64,000 bases of DNA from Lama guanicoe (lineage: Eukaryota). Below the pieces are notes generated by a model, which was given only the letters and a program-made list of their open reading frames with translations, was not told the origin of the DNA and ran no database searches. The stretch is from assembly GCA_013239625.1 (NCBI GenBank), contig MU056029.1:310001-374000 (forward strand), in the 5' to 3' direction. The translations under genes were made by a program, and so were the position numbers. Positions 38,749-51,830 of this stretch are shown in pieces. The number at the start of each line of letters is the position of its first letter. Within the stretch, counting starts at the first letter, position 1.

Positions 38749-40900
38749 CTGCAGGGAGAGGGACACAGTGACACACCATGGGGAGGCTGGGCATGAAACT
38801 GACTCAGCGCATCAGTTTCAAGCAGGGAGCCCTTGCTACCGTCGCTCCCTAGTGGCAAGGCCACGTTTGACAGGGGTTTCCACTGAGAGGTGGGGGCTGT
38901 TGTCATTTACGTGTGCCTTCAGTCAACCCCATTTCACAGGTGAGAAGACTGAGTCTCAGCTCATTAAGGTCACAGGAAGCAGAGGCAGGGCATGGAGACA
39001 GCACTCAGACCCCATGGGATGCCAAGGCTCCGGTCCTGTCTGATGGCACAGAGGCCATCCCGCCCCACAAACAAGTCACATGTGGGTGGAGACAGGTTCA
39101 CATACAGCCCCTCTGTTCAGGGGGAGCCCAGGTGTAAACGGGGTGGGTGGGCCAGTGTGACCCCTGAGGCTCATCCTGGGGTCACAGGGCCACCTCCCCA
39201 CTGGAGCCATCAGGACAGATCACGTGTTGAGCATCTGCCCTGTGGTCACGCAGACGTAACAGTTCTTAGGCCGTGTGGATGGCGCTTTCCTGTGGGGGCT
39301 CCTTGCTCAGGGTCAGGGGTGGGGAGGGTACCGTCCGCACTCACCCCACAAGGATGAAACACCCTGCATCAGGGAGGCTCCCAGTCCCCCGGGGTCACAC
39401 AGCATGGAGGAGCCAGAGTTCAGGCCCAGTGAGCAGAGCTCCCAGGAGGAGCCTGACCTGATGCCTGAGCCCTTAGGGGCCGCTGGGAAGCCACAGTCCC
39501 TGTGGCCACCAGGGCCCTCGGGGGTTCACAGAAGTGCACCTGCAGCGCTGCTCTCGCTGAGGGAGGCTCTCAGCACATTTTCCTGGCTTCGCCCAGTTAG
39601 TTCAGCTTTTTCCATCGTGGATGAGCGAGAGGAGGTTAGTCAAGAGGACGTCTCACTCAGTAAGTGACTTGTGAGAGCTTCAAAACAGGTCCAGTGCTGG
39701 GCGGCAGCGCAAGACATCCTAACGCGAAGCGGTCTGCGAGAGCGGCTGCGAGGGTCTCTGGCCTGGGCATGCGTGGCACAGTCTGCCCCGTGGGCCAGGC
39801 CTTGCACTCAGCATCTTCCAAAGAAAGACCTTTCTTCAGAGATAAGGCAAGGGAAGTCACCTGCCCGTGGTCACAAGGCCGGGTAACTGCTGGCGCCAGG
39901 ATCCCAACTCAGGGAACTCCTAGTTCCAGGGGCAAAACAGACTCTTGCGTGTCCCTCCCGCTACTGGCAGCGCCGTGGCGAGTGGATGGAGAAGAGAAAA
40001 GCCTGGACCAGTCCGTCCAGCTTGAAGGCTTGGGCATCACGAGCGTGGTGTCAGCCTTCCGAGGGCCTGCCTGCCCTGCCCACCCTCCCATAGTGGTGAT
40101 CAGATGTTAGCCTAAAAGTGGCCATGCCTCAGGCCCCTGCTGGTGTGTCTGTGCTCTGTGCCCGTGCAGCAGTTTCTGGCCAGCAGTGGCCTCAGCGATG
40201 CCCTCGGTTCCTTGGGGAAGACGGGGACAAGGAGCAGGTGATGCGGGCCCTGGTCCTGTACCATCACCAGGACACAAGGTAGAGAGGGACACGCCCACGG
40301 TCCGTGTGGCCAGTGCAGGTACACGTGAGCTGGGCTCAGCGCTCAGAGCCAAATCCACCTGAATTCATTTCACCAACCAGCTCTGAGAGGTTAGATCATG
40401 CAAGCAGCTGGGGAAGGTGCTCTTGGCCCCGGGGCACGTCAGTCACTGATCCAGCACTTCCTTAAAGTGCTGCAGACACACCTGGTTGGTTCAGTCTTCC
40501 CCAGAAACGCTGTCCTGTGTCTTCCAGGGTGATGGACCCCTTTGCTTTATGGTACGCATCCGACAACTGTCAAAATCTTTCTGGAGTCTTATTTGGGATT
40601 CTGCCCACGGAGCTTCAGTTCCAGCGTTCAAAGGCTGACCTCAGACCTGGGTCCTCCGACTGACTCCTTTACAACTAGGCTGAGCTCTGCTTTCAGGCCA
40701 ACGAACTCGTCTGCACAAGGCTGAGGAGTCAAGGGAAGTGAACCGAGAGAGGGAGGCAGGTGGGTGGAGGGGACACTGTTACTGACTGCTTCTTTTGGGT
40801 GGCAAATCAAACACGAAACAAAACAGATCCATTTCTGTACCTTCTGCTAAGATGATTAATTTTATGTGGAAGACACTAGTGGATATCATGATAATTCTTG

Positions 40901-41025
40901 GTTTTATATATATATGGGGGAAGTAATTAGGTTTATTTGTTTATTTTTTAAATGGAGGCACTGGGGATTGAACTCAGGACCTCATGCATGCTAAGCACAC
41001 ACTACTACTGAGCTATACCTGCCCC
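40901..41025 (-). mobile_element. vic-1-like SINE
   Basis: body plus tail; TSD-like ttggtttta. Confidence 0.85.
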
Positions 41026-41804
41026 TGCTTTGGTTTTACAAAACTCACAAAAATCTCATGCTTCCAACAGATCTTTCCCACCAAATGCCCCTAAAAAGCA
41101 GTCTTCTGTTGATGCCCACGTGCTATCCCCCAGTTCTGGATTTGCCTCTGTTTCCACGCAAGACTTCTCTGATGCTCTCAGATGCTGGTACAGGAAAGGA
41201 GGGGAGTCCTGCTGGTACAGAGCAGGTGACCCTACTCAGAGGTACGATGGCCCTGTGGTGCGGGGACCCCCTCCTGGCTCGGGCGGGCGGGTGGCTCTGG
41301 TCACACCTTGAAGCAGATGGCTCCCCTGAGCATTCAGAGGGAATGGAGGCGGCCAAGGATGAGGAAAGGACTGCCTGAACTCCCAAGTGAGGTGACACGT
41401 CCCTCCATCTCCGCAGATGTCACATTCCAGAGGAAAGAACGCAGCATGAACTGGCCCACACCCTTCTGAGAATTTGCAGCTGATAACAAGGAGACTGATG
41501 GGTGACCAAGGAAACATCTCTTTGCCTCTTGATGTGACAGAGACCCAGTGCCTCGAATGTGAGCTTCTCCAGGCTGCCTTCCTTGGTTAAACTTGTCTGG
41601 CAGGAAACACGGAGGAGCCTTTGCTGTGGATGCTGCCAGGCCTCAGGTTCCCGAGCAGCTCCGACAGCCTTTCTGTCTTGTTCTCCCTCAAAAACCAGCA
41701 ATCCCTGAAGCATGCGTGTGTACACGCACACACACAGGTGTGCATCTCTAACAGAGCAGCTCCCTGGCTGAGCCCAGATTGGGAGCCCCCAGCCCCAGAC
41801 TCAC

Positions 41805-42057
41805 CATTTGCATCATGGGAATACTCTACGCCAGACACAGTGCATCTTCGGAAAACCATCTTATTCTCGGTTAAAGTGCCGGTTTTGTCGGAGAAGATGT
41901 ACTGTATCTGCCCTAGGTCCTCCGTGATGTTCAGAGCCCGACATTGCAGCTGCGAGTCCGTCTCCTCATCGTACAGCTCGATGTCCTGGTTGATGAAGTG
42001 CACTTGGCACACTTTGACAATTTCAATGGAAACATATAAGGAAATTGGGATCAAAAC
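41805..42057 (-). CDS. ATP10A: ATP10A exon 7 (253 nt), TM4 PISLYVSIE and catalytic DKTGT (41875-41889)
   Basis: tag/gtgag boundaries; phosphorylation motif [11 protein letters not shown]. Confidence 0.97.
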
Positions 42058-43074
42058 CTACAAGACACAAAGCACATGGAATGAGCAATGGTGAGGAGCC
42101 GGAAGCTGTGGAGTTAGTCCAATCTATTTAAACGACAAATAACTACAACCACAAGCAAGTAGGGACTACACTGTACCTTTAAGAGCTTAACCAGGTTGGT
42201 TTACAGTCAGTACTGGAAAATATTAGGATACTGGCAGCGAGTTTAAACTAGGACAAGCCCATGGTCCCACTGCAGAGCGGAAATCCACTGCGGTGTCTGG
42301 AAGTGTGGTAACCATGGCTTGGACAGAAGCAAGCGTGTCGGATTACTAAGTCATGCTTGACAGAAGCTAGGAAAGGAAAGAGAGAAAAGAGAAAAAAACA
42401 AAGCAAAACACATAGCACAGTCAGAGTCCTCATAAGCAAAGTCACCTCGCACCCAGGCCGTCCAGGGAGCTCCCGGTGACAGGAGCGGCCCGTCCTGCAG
42501 ACACAACCCCACAGTTCAGAAGAGACAGTCTTTTCAGAGGCTGGTTCCGTGAACAGAACACTTTTCTGTGATCTTGATACAGAGCAGAGGGAAGAAGGCT
42601 TGGAGAACAGTCACAGGTATGCACTGGCAACTTAAGAGTAATCTTCATGGAATCAGTCCTCCATTTGTTTTCTTTTTCGTGTGGAGTAAAGGTACTGAAC
42701 CGCTATCAGTGGGCTCAGAGGTCATATCCAGACTGACCGGTTCTCTGGGTAACTTCAGTATATGTTAATGCAACACCTGCCACAGTACCAGCTCAAGGCC
42801 AAAACGAAACATGCTTTCATAGAGGAGACTAATTTGGAAAGTTAAAGAAGACTGCTCTCCCTTGGATGAAGTACACATGAGAAAAGAGAGCAGGCAAAGG
42901 GCTAAGCCTCATCCTCTGTTCACTCTGTGCTCCTGAAGGTGGCAGGGATGCTCAAAGCCCCCTTCTGCTCCAACAGATCCCTGGGGCACAGATCCTCAGT
43001 TAGTGATGGGGAATTGTTCAGGAGGCATGTGAACTAATAACAGTAATGTAATAGTAATAATCATGATCATAATC

Positions 43075-43345
43075 ATAACCAATGCTGCAAAGTGCAATGT
43101 GATTTCCTGAACTGAATCCTGGAACAGAAAAAGCACATTAGTGGAAAAAAGACTAATGGAATCCAAATGAACGTTTGGAGTTTCGTTCACGGTACCAGAG
43201 TTCGTTCCCAGCTTTGACAAGGTACTGTGGTAACACAATATGCTCACATGCTCACACACTGGGTGAAGGACACGTGGGAACTCTCTATACTATTTTTTGC
43301 AACTTGTCTGTAAATCTTAAAATTGTTCCAAAATAAAATTTAGAA
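43075..43345 (+). mobile_element. old L1MB/MC-type 3' end
   Basis: tgcaatgtg...gaatcctggaacagaaaa...ggaactctct...tttgcaact...tgtaaatct. Confidence 0.65.
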
Positions 43346-43382
43346 AATTTGAAATTTTCTTTTTCAAGAAGTAATTGAATGG

Positions 43383-43542
43383 TGGCAGGGTGAGGGTATA
43401 GCTCAGTGGTAGAGCATGTGCTTAGCATGCTCAAGGTCCTGGGTTCAATCCCCAGTCCCTCCAGTTAAATAGATAAATAGATATACAAACAAACAGACTT
43501 ATTTTACCCCCAACCCCCCCAAAAGAAGTGTAGGGGGAAAAA
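43383..43542 (+). mobile_element. vic-1-like SINE
   Basis: 17-bp TSD aagaagtaattgaatgg (43366-43382 / 43543-43559). Confidence 0.9.
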
Positions 43543-43828
43543 AAGAAGTAATTGAATGGAAAAATAAAACAGAAAACAAGGATCAAAAAACCAACCTCTC
43601 AAAGCCTCAGAGTCTTAAGAATAGCAAAGGAGAATGTTCAGTTGAAAAGCACCCCAAGAAAAGACCCTTTAGATGTATCAGGGGGAAAACAGAAGGCAAT
43701 ACATTAGGCCGGTGAATCTGTGCTCCTCCCAGATGCAGAATTGGTAGGAAGTTCTCAGCTGAGTGTGGCGACTTTAAGTTCTCAGCGGGAATGTAAAGCA
43801 ATTGTCATGTGGTACTTAGCGTCATTAC

Positions 43829-43959
43829 CTGCAGAACTATTATCATTGTCAGAAACGAGTACACCGCCGCTGTGATTGGGGACAAAGAGGTGCCGTCAGA
43901 CTCGGGGACATCAAACAATGACTTCTTCTCCTGATAGCGCTGCACCCACAGTCCATGTC
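43829..43959 (-). CDS. ATP10A: ATP10A exon 6 (131 nt) [44 protein letters not shown]
   Basis: AG/GTAATG boundaries; translated manually; exoplasmic loop and start of TM4. Confidence 0.93.
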
Positions 43960-45019
43960 CTGGAGCAATGTTCAAAGAGAAGTGTCATTCGCCTGACATA
44001 AAAACAGGAACACTGCTAGCGCAAATCAAAGCAAACTTTTAAGACTATTCCTTGACACAGGTGCAACGGGGTTTACGAGCCTGCTTGGCACCTAAGAAAG
44101 CAAAGGCTTGCAGTATCGCTGGCATCCACGATCGGCATGCTGGGACTTGGACTCTGCCTCACCCCAGCCCTGTCCTGTCACTGGCTCTGAACAGCATCCC
44201 TGGTCATAGTGCAGGAACTGGATGTGTCAATGAGAAACCTCCAGAAAGGAGTATCTCACCGTGTGCCTCCAAGGTACCGGTCTCAGCAGGCTCTGGATGC
44301 TGCCCATTCCCGTCTCTTCTTGGAGATTCAAAAGTCACATCTCACAGGCTCCAAGAAGCCAACAGCAACACACATTACCTCATCAATTGAGCCCCACACC
44401 TGTCTGACCACAGAGCCCTGCTCAGCTCCTGTGCACCTGTGTCTTTTACCGCCGAGCTCTGAGGCCACGGCACACCTGTCACACCCATCACACCCGTCTG
44501 TGGGACAGCAGCTGAGCAGGGACTTGGTGAAGGTCATTTAACAGGGAGCTGAAGGCTCTAGGACCTGCCAGGGGCTCTCGAGGCAGCTCGCGGCTTTGGA
44601 GACCAGCGACGGCTGGCGAGCACCGGAGTCCGCACACAGCCTAACTGCTCATCTCTTCTCGGGACCAGATAATGTCTTTCCTCCTTTCACAGAGTTCCCA
44701 TTAGCAGCCTTTGTGCCTCTGCTGCTATGATTTGAACATTGCTCCAGGACATAAACACTTCTTCCACTGGAATCATTACTACTGGTGCAATGAAACCGTT
44801 CTCCCACCCAAGAGGTTGCCAGTTCAAAACCCACGCCTTTGCGCACCCCGACCATCTGGGCGGCTCGCCGTGACCATGCTGATCAACATCCTGAATCCAC
44901 GTCGGGGGACAAAGGTGTGTGAATTAGAGCGCTGAGTGGGCCAGGGTCAGAGGCAGCCAGCAGGCGCACCTGGCGGCCATCCAGCAGGGTCCACTCAGTG
45001 ACCCTCAGAGGAGACTTAC

Positions 45020-45151
45020 CGACCGCCGAAAACAGAGACATACAAACGAGGAGGAGGACACACCAGAGCACGTCGCAGTTCATCTGCCTCTCGAGCTGGC
45101 TGCGCTTGTAGCGGGGCCCGCTGTTGTTCAGCAGAGCCTTGGTTTCGTGCC
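45020..45151 (-). CDS. ATP10A: ATP10A exon 5 (132 nt) [44 protein letters not shown]
   Basis: AG/GTAAGT boundaries; GHETK motif and TM3. Confidence 0.95.
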
Positions 45152-45260
45152 CTGCGGTGGGGGGGGGACATGGGGGAACACAGTGAGACAACACCCAGCA
45201 GGTGAGGGGCGGGCTACTCCAAGTCCATGGCTGGAGAACCGTGCTGCCATCCAACGATTC

Positions 45261-45355
45261 TTTTTTTTTTTTCAGTAGAGGTACTGGGGATCGAACCCAG
45301 GACCTCGTGCATGCCAAGCACGCTCTTTACCACTGAGCTCTACCAAGCCCCCACC
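45261..45355 (-). mobile_element. vic-1-like SINE (intron 4)
   Basis: body plus T-tract; TSD-like cca..gattct. Confidence 0.85.
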
Positions 45356-45624
45356 CAGTGATTCTCACAGGACAAGCTCAGTCAAAAGAGCAGGTGACAC
45401 AGTTAGCCTTAAATAAGTAACCACCACGGAGACGGGCACGGGGCGGAACAGGCCAACAGGCTGAGAGCTGGGGGCCCAGATGTCACTGGAAATGTTGCTC
45501 CTTTCTATTCCCCTGGTTCCCCACCGTGGGTTTAGGCCACTCTGATAATCCGGAAGTATACAAACCCCCCGGGAGCCGTGTCCCGGGGCACAGCCACAGA
45601 CGGCGGGCGACACGCAGCGCCTAC

Positions 45625-45731
45625 CTGCGTAGATGACGATGCCCACGACGGCTTCAGTGTTGCGGACGGTGCAGCCGCGGAGCAGCAGGTTCTCCTTGTA
45701 GAGCCCAGCCTTCTTCCCGCTGTCGTGCACG
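45625..45731 (-). CDS. ATP10A: ATP10A exon 4 (107 nt) [35 protein letters not shown]
   Basis: AG/GT boundaries; LLLRGC motif; phase continuous. Confidence 0.95.
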
Positions 45732-45988
45732 CTGTCGGGGAACAGGCGGCACGCATCACCTGGGCGCTGGCACGGGCCTCCCCGCCAGGCAGCGCCGCCC
45801 TGGGAGGGATGGGCGGCCTGGATGCAGCGCTGGCGGGGGGGAGCTGGACCCCGGGGGCGCTGGTCTTGGTGGATCTCTGCACCGTAACAGGGCTTCTAGA
45901 AGCACCTTCAGAGCCTGACGCCTGTTCCGTTACTTGGCCCGTGGGCTTTGTGAATAAGAAATAGATGACTTCTTCTCTGTCCCCCATT

Positions 45989-46117
45989 CTTTTTTTTTTT
46001 TTTTGGTGGGGGAGAGGTAATTAGGTTTTTTAAATTTATTTTATATAAGTACTGAGGATTGAACCCAGGACCTTGTGCACGCTAAGCACGCACTCTACCA
46101 CTGAGCTACACCCTCCC
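45989..46117 (-). mobile_element. vic-1-like SINE
   Basis: body plus gtaattaggt tail plus T-tract. Confidence 0.88.
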
Positions 46118-46145
46118 ATCTCTGACACAGGGCTCCTGACACCTT

Positions 46146-46615
46146 TGTAATAAGGGTGCAAGGAGAAACTTTTGTTCCAATATGGAGTCTCTGATCCCGG
46201 TTCCTGGCGCAAAGCTCCCAAATGCCTGTAATTTCCTAAGTGATCAGAGCCCTAGGGACACCTTTTGTTCTGCTATTCGGTCCAGGAGCCTGGCTGTTCC
46301 TGACATGGGACCAAGCCTGTGACTTGTGAGATCTGAAACCACCTCTGGGAGACGGTGTCAGGACTGAACTATGCTGTGGGGCACCCACCTGCTGTCACGG
46401 GATCGCTTGGCTTGGGGAAGACCCACATGTCAGAACTGGTATCAGGATCACTGTAAGATTTTCACCACGGGACTGACCCCTGCTGGGGAGGGCAGTGCCG
46501 GAAGCTGGGGGCCTGGGTTGGGAAGGTGGCCAGGGGAGGCCCTGAGACGTGGTCTCCACCCATGTCCTGCTCATCACAGGGACACTGCTTCTCACCAGTC
46601 CCTCATGTTGTCACC
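46146..46615. mobile_element. possible ERV LTR remnant (MER21-like)
   Basis: tgtaataag start; ggttcctggc...agctcc...aatttcctaagtgat...cttttgttct motifs. Confidence 0.4.
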
Positions 46616-47529
46616 AAAGTACAAGTATTTCTCTACAAAGGGGGATAATATTGGTTTCCCCAGTATCTTCTGCATTCTATTTTTCTTATAAATAAAAAGT
46701 CATAAAATTATTAGAAATATGAATACGTTAAATGTGAAATGCGGTGAATTCCATGAGACACTCTTATGCATCCAGGTTTCACTACTACTTGGATTCAGGA
46801 AAACCAGTGGAAGCCACTGGTTTTCAAACTCGTCCTCTTGACCCACCGATGGCTGCACCCTCCCCCCTGTTGGCCAGGACCGTCCACGCTGGGACCACAC
46901 TGGGGCAGATGAAGTCCCTGGAGCCTGATGAATGGGTCAACAGGGGAGGCCCTGGAGGCTTCCAGAACAGGGGCCTAGTCTAACCTACACCAGGCAGGGT
47001 CACTTACCCTCCAAGAGCAGGGTCTTCTAAGACCCTTCCACTTTCTCACGCCCTAGGTGGAGAGCCCTGCCCAACCCTCCTACACACACCCACACCCCAG
47101 ACTCCTCCTCTGCGGGCTTGAAGCTCACCACAGACCCCTCCCACCAGCTCCTAGCATGTTACCCACTGACCAGGGGTGCAGAGCTGGTTTGTGGAGGTAC
47201 AGGGTCAGAGGAAGCTCACAAGGTTTCCAGGAAAAGAGTACTTCCTGCCACATCCGGACCCCGGTACCCACATGAGGGACAGGGCTGCCTCTCGACCAGG
47301 GAAATCAATATATTTCATGGTGAAGAAAAGAAGCTAAGCTAAAGACAAGGCCAAAAAGCATGTCGGGGGTGGGGGGGCACGTTTCCCACAAGCCTGTAAG
47401 TTACCAACATAGCACCAGTTCTGCAGAACTCACACAAGGGAATGTGCAGGCGGAGAGGAACCAACCCTGGGCGATGCCCGCTTCTGGCAATTTCAGAACA
47501 GAGTAAAGGTTTGCTTTTGAAAGAGAACT

Positions 47530-48018
47530 CAGCCATAAAAAAAAAGAAAAGAATAAAATAACGCCATTTGCAGCAACATGGAGATCGTCATTCTAAGTGA
47601 AGTGAGACAAAAAGAGAAAGAAAAATACCATATGATATCACTCATATACAGAATCTAAAAAAAAAAATAAAAAGGAAAGAAAAAAGAGGACACTAATGAA
47701 CTCATCTACAAAATAAACAGATTTGCAGACATAGTAAATAACCTTATGGTTACTGGGAGAAAAAGGGAGGGAAAGGATAAATTTGTAGTTGGAGATTTGC
47801 AAATAAGTACTACATATAAAATTAGATAAACGAGTATCTTCTGTGCAGCACAGGGACCTATATTCAATGTCTTGTAGTGACATCTAATGAAAAAGAATAT
47901 GAAAACGAATATATGTCTGTATATGTAGGACTGAAACATTATGCTGTAAAACAGAAATTATACCACATTGTAAACTGACTATACTTCAATGAAAATTTTT
48001 TTTAATTAAAAAGAAAAA
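47530..48018 (+). mobile_element. L1 3' end (~490 bp)
   Basis: gccatttgcagcaacatgg...ctaagtgaagt...gactatacttcaat, A-tail. Confidence 0.85.
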
Positions 48019-48626
48019 GAGATTCAAGACTGGAAACCTCAGTGCTAGCTAGAGCATCAAGAGGCTGGCGTATGTCAGACATCACCCACAAACTCCAGCT
48101 TCCACATCTGCAGTGAGATGATGCCCCCTGCCACGGTTCTCTGCCAACAGCCACCCATGGAAGCCATTCCTCAGGATGGCAGGAAAGGATGAACCATCTC
48201 CCTCCAAGTCCCAGTCATGCTTATTCAGAACAAAAGATGACCTCAAGAGAAATAGGAAACATGTGTGGCATTCGGCTTCCGACATGACCTACATCTTTTT
48301 TAGCAACTACAGTGCTTTCTGATCAGACCAAGCCAGACCAGAACGGACCACAGCAGGTGCATCAGCCTGTTCAAGGTCCCGGTGCAGACGTGCCATGAGG
48401 AGGGCTGTGTCCCGAGTGAATGGTCCTACGTCAGAAGGGGAGGGAGGCCGGAGACTGGCATCACCCAGCAGGGACTTGGCAACTCAAGTGCTACAGCGGT
48501 CTCCTGAGGGCGAAAGTCCCCACCAAGGGTGAACAAGCCCAAGGCCAAGGAGGCACGAGGCTCAACTCCAGGAAGACACTCCTGAGAATGTGAGCCCATC
48601 ACACTGCCCTCAACACCTCCCTCTTT

Positions 48627-49117
48627 CTTATGGGTTGACATGGGTCCTTCCTGAATTCACATGTTGGTGTCCTAACCTCAGTTATCTCAGAATATGAGTG
48701 CATTTGGAGTTAGGTCTCTAAAGAGGTAGTTGAGTTAAAATGAGGTCACATGGATGGGCCCTAACCCCCTAGGACTGATTTCTCTACAAGACAAGGAGAT
48801 ATGGTGGGGAGGATGTAGCTCAGTGGTAGAGCACATGTTTAGCATGCACAAGGTCCTGGGTTCAAGCCTCTGAACCTCCATTAAAAAAATTTTTTTTAAA
48901 AAAGAAGAGATCTGGACACAGAGACAGACAAGGGTAGAGATTATGAGGATGTGAGGACACAGGGCAAGACCACGGCCGTCTGCGAGCCAAGGAGAAGGGC
49001 CTCGGGAGGCACCACTCCTGATGACACTGACCTCAGACATCCGGCCTCCGGAACCACGAGACCACACACTTCTGTGGTTTAAGCTGCCGGGTCTGTCACC
49101 CAAACAAACGGATACAT
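48627..49117 (+). mobile_element. MaLR LTR (MLT1-like) interrupted by a SINE
   Basis: ttatgggttga...ctcagaatatgag...aaaatgaggtca...cctcagacatccggcctcc...gtttaagc. Confidence 0.7.
48803..48903 (+). mobile_element. vic-1-like SINE inside the MaLR LTR
   Basis: tRNA-like body; TSD-like gagat. Confidence 0.85.
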
Positions 49118-49713
49118 CCTTTAACATCTCATCTGCACCACTTAGCAGAGTTCCTCTTGCTCAAGGCCCCAGGCCTCTTGACTCATCCAGCCAATCTCTT
49201 CCAAATCGAAACTGTTCAGAAGTGCACAGTGCTCTGGGGAAATGCCACAGGCGCGCTCCCTGGGAAGTGGCAGGGCTCAGCTACTAAATGTCCTGCCTGG
49301 CTGTTCTTTCTCAGGAGGGGCTATGTCTCTTGACAGCCCTGGCTCTTGGTGACAGGACTTGCATGGCAGCACTGGTCCATCTGAGTCCCAGCACGGGGAG
49401 GTGCTCACAGGGGCCTGCAACCCTGGGGTCGCCACCCACTGGTCCAGACACAGAGCTGCCCGCTCTCCCACAAGGCCAGGGAGGTGGTGCCAGAGTGCTG
49501 GGACCTTGGACAGCAGCCTGCAGCCAGTTCCTCCCCGGGTTTTGTGGCCTCCAGCACCCAGGCCTGGTCCCCTCCTCTGCTCTGTCTCAGGCCAAAGCTC
49601 TACCGTCGACGGGTCACCTGGACCAGCACCCACAGTGCCATTCTTCACCCCCTCATTTTTATGTCCACTCAGACATCAGTCCTCAATTTTACCCCACTTT
49701 GCTGGCTATTTCC

Positions 49714-49803
49714 TTTTTTTTTTAAAATGGAAGTACAGGGGATTGAATCCAGGACCTCGTGCATGCTAAGCAGGCACTCTACTACTGAGCTATACCCTGC
49801 CCC
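49714..49803 (-). mobile_element. vic-1-like SINE
   Basis: TSD gctg(g/a)ctatttc. Confidence 0.85.
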
Positions 49804-51559
49804 AGCTGACTATTTCTTTATTCCACCTCCTTCTTGTGCTGTCTGTGCATCGTTCAGAAATTTCTCTGCTGGAGCCTGCAACCCACCCCTCATAGCCTGG
49901 ATGCCGCCAGCCCTGGCCCCTCCTGTCTGTTTCTCTCACAGGCACCGAGCGATGTTTCCGGGTGCAGGTTTGAGCACTGTGTCATCCCGGGAGCATGCTG
50001 CAGGGGCTCTCACTTCCTCTTGGTGCACACAGTCCACTCTGCACCCTGAGGGGGCCCTTCCTTCCTGGGCCTTCTGTCCCGGCCACCCCTACACAGCATG
50101 TCCTGCTACCCAGCTGCCCGTCAGTCCAGCATGGCCTGCGCCGGCCTATCTGTCTCGGGGAGCTTGACGAGCTACCTTGGGCGCATGTTTTGCAGCCCTC
50201 AGGGAGATTCTTTGCTGGTGACATGCTCCCCAGGCCCCCCAGCCAGGAGATTCTGCAGTATTCTTTTGTGCTTCCCCACTTCCACTTGTGAAGGGGCATT
50301 TCTCATCTTGTTCCATTCTGCATCCTAGGCCTGCCTCAGGCTCTGGCAAATGCTGAGGCTGCCTGGCCCTCAGCTTCAAGAGGGGACCAGCCTATGGGGA
50401 TGTTAGACACCAAAGGAGGGAACAGAGGCCAGAGAGGATGGGAGCATACCCCTGGCTCCTCCTGGGGAGAGAGTGCTGGGCTGGTGTGTCCCCTGATCAG
50501 GGCGATGAGCCCCCCAGGTGGCCCCCTTGACATTAGTCCCCAGTAGCCACTCCTCCCCCAGGACCACTGGGCCCCCTGGTGACAATGGGTCAGTTACTAG
50601 TGGCGGCCTGAAGCCCTGTCCCCTCTCAGCAGAAATGGACCCTTGGCTAACAAAACCCATCCCCGCCCCCTTACTGGAATCTGAGCCCCTGATCTGTTTC
50701 CTGTGGGGACCTGACTGACAGGTGGGGAGGGAGAAGGAGGGAGAACTCCTTCCACTGCAAGTCCCAGGCATAATTTTCTTTAAAATCATAGTTGTTCGGG
50801 TTTCTGTTTATCCACGCAGGTGCAGAAGTGACCTGGCTGTGTTTTGTGCTGATACCAGATTGTGTGGAGATGTAAGGATCAGTTACAGGTGCTGAGGTGA
50901 AGTGAAATATTTCCCTCTCAGAGTCTAGCTGACGCAGTTACAGTTCGTCTCAGAGCCTGGTCCTTGGGGATGAGGACGTTCGGGACATAAACCTACACAC
51001 AGCTCCATCCAGACACTGGCTGGGGGCTGGGGGCCCTGAAAGGGGTGACAACGGTCTTGGAGATGTCATTGGCCAGGGCGGTTGGGAGGGGCTGCCCTGG
51101 GCTCTGGGTGGCCGCCAGCGTCGTGGGGCTTGGCGTGGTCAGGCAGGCTCTGCGGCCGGCGGGGAGGGAGCCCAGACCCACTTTGCAGAAGACCTGGGAT
51201 GAGAACAGGACCGGCTTCACAGCTGGAGATGGAATTTTGCATCAGATGGCGAGCCCAACCAATCTCTGTGCTTCATTTATTCTTTAGGAGTAAGTGATAA
51301 AGTTTGACTGACTTGTGGCCTCAAAGGCCGCCCATCGCTCTGCCATCTGAAGGCAGAGCGAGCTGAGCAGGGCACCTAGAGGCCCCACTTACAGGCGTCC
51401 TGGGGAGCCAGGGGCCCGGGGCAGCTGAAGGGCGGGGAGGGCTGCTATTTCCAGTCCCTCCCTCTGAGGATCTCAGCAGTGCTTCACGACAGGGACTGCA
51501 TTAAGGAACAGTGAGCATTCAAGCGCACCTGACTAATGACGTCCCTAACACTTCTGTCT

Positions 51560-51830
51560 GCACAGCTTGAGCTGTATTTCATATACCATGAAACTCACCC
51601 ATTTAAAGTGCGCAGTTCAGGGTTTTTTGTACATTGACAGAGCGGTACAGGTGTCCCCACTGGCAAATTTCAGAACGTTTCATCGCCCAGAAAGAAACCC
51701 CGTGTCCACTGGCAGTCACTCCCCGCTCCCATCCCACCCCCAGCACTCCAACCCTGAATCCACTTTTTGTCTCTTCAGATATTCCTGTGTGGATGCTTCA
51801 CACCCATGGGGCCCCACACCATGGCTGACG
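51560..51830 (-). mobile_element. old L1MB-type 3' end
   Basis: ataccatgaaactcacccatttaaagtg...atttcagaacgtttcatcgcccagaaagaaacccc. Confidence 0.65.
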
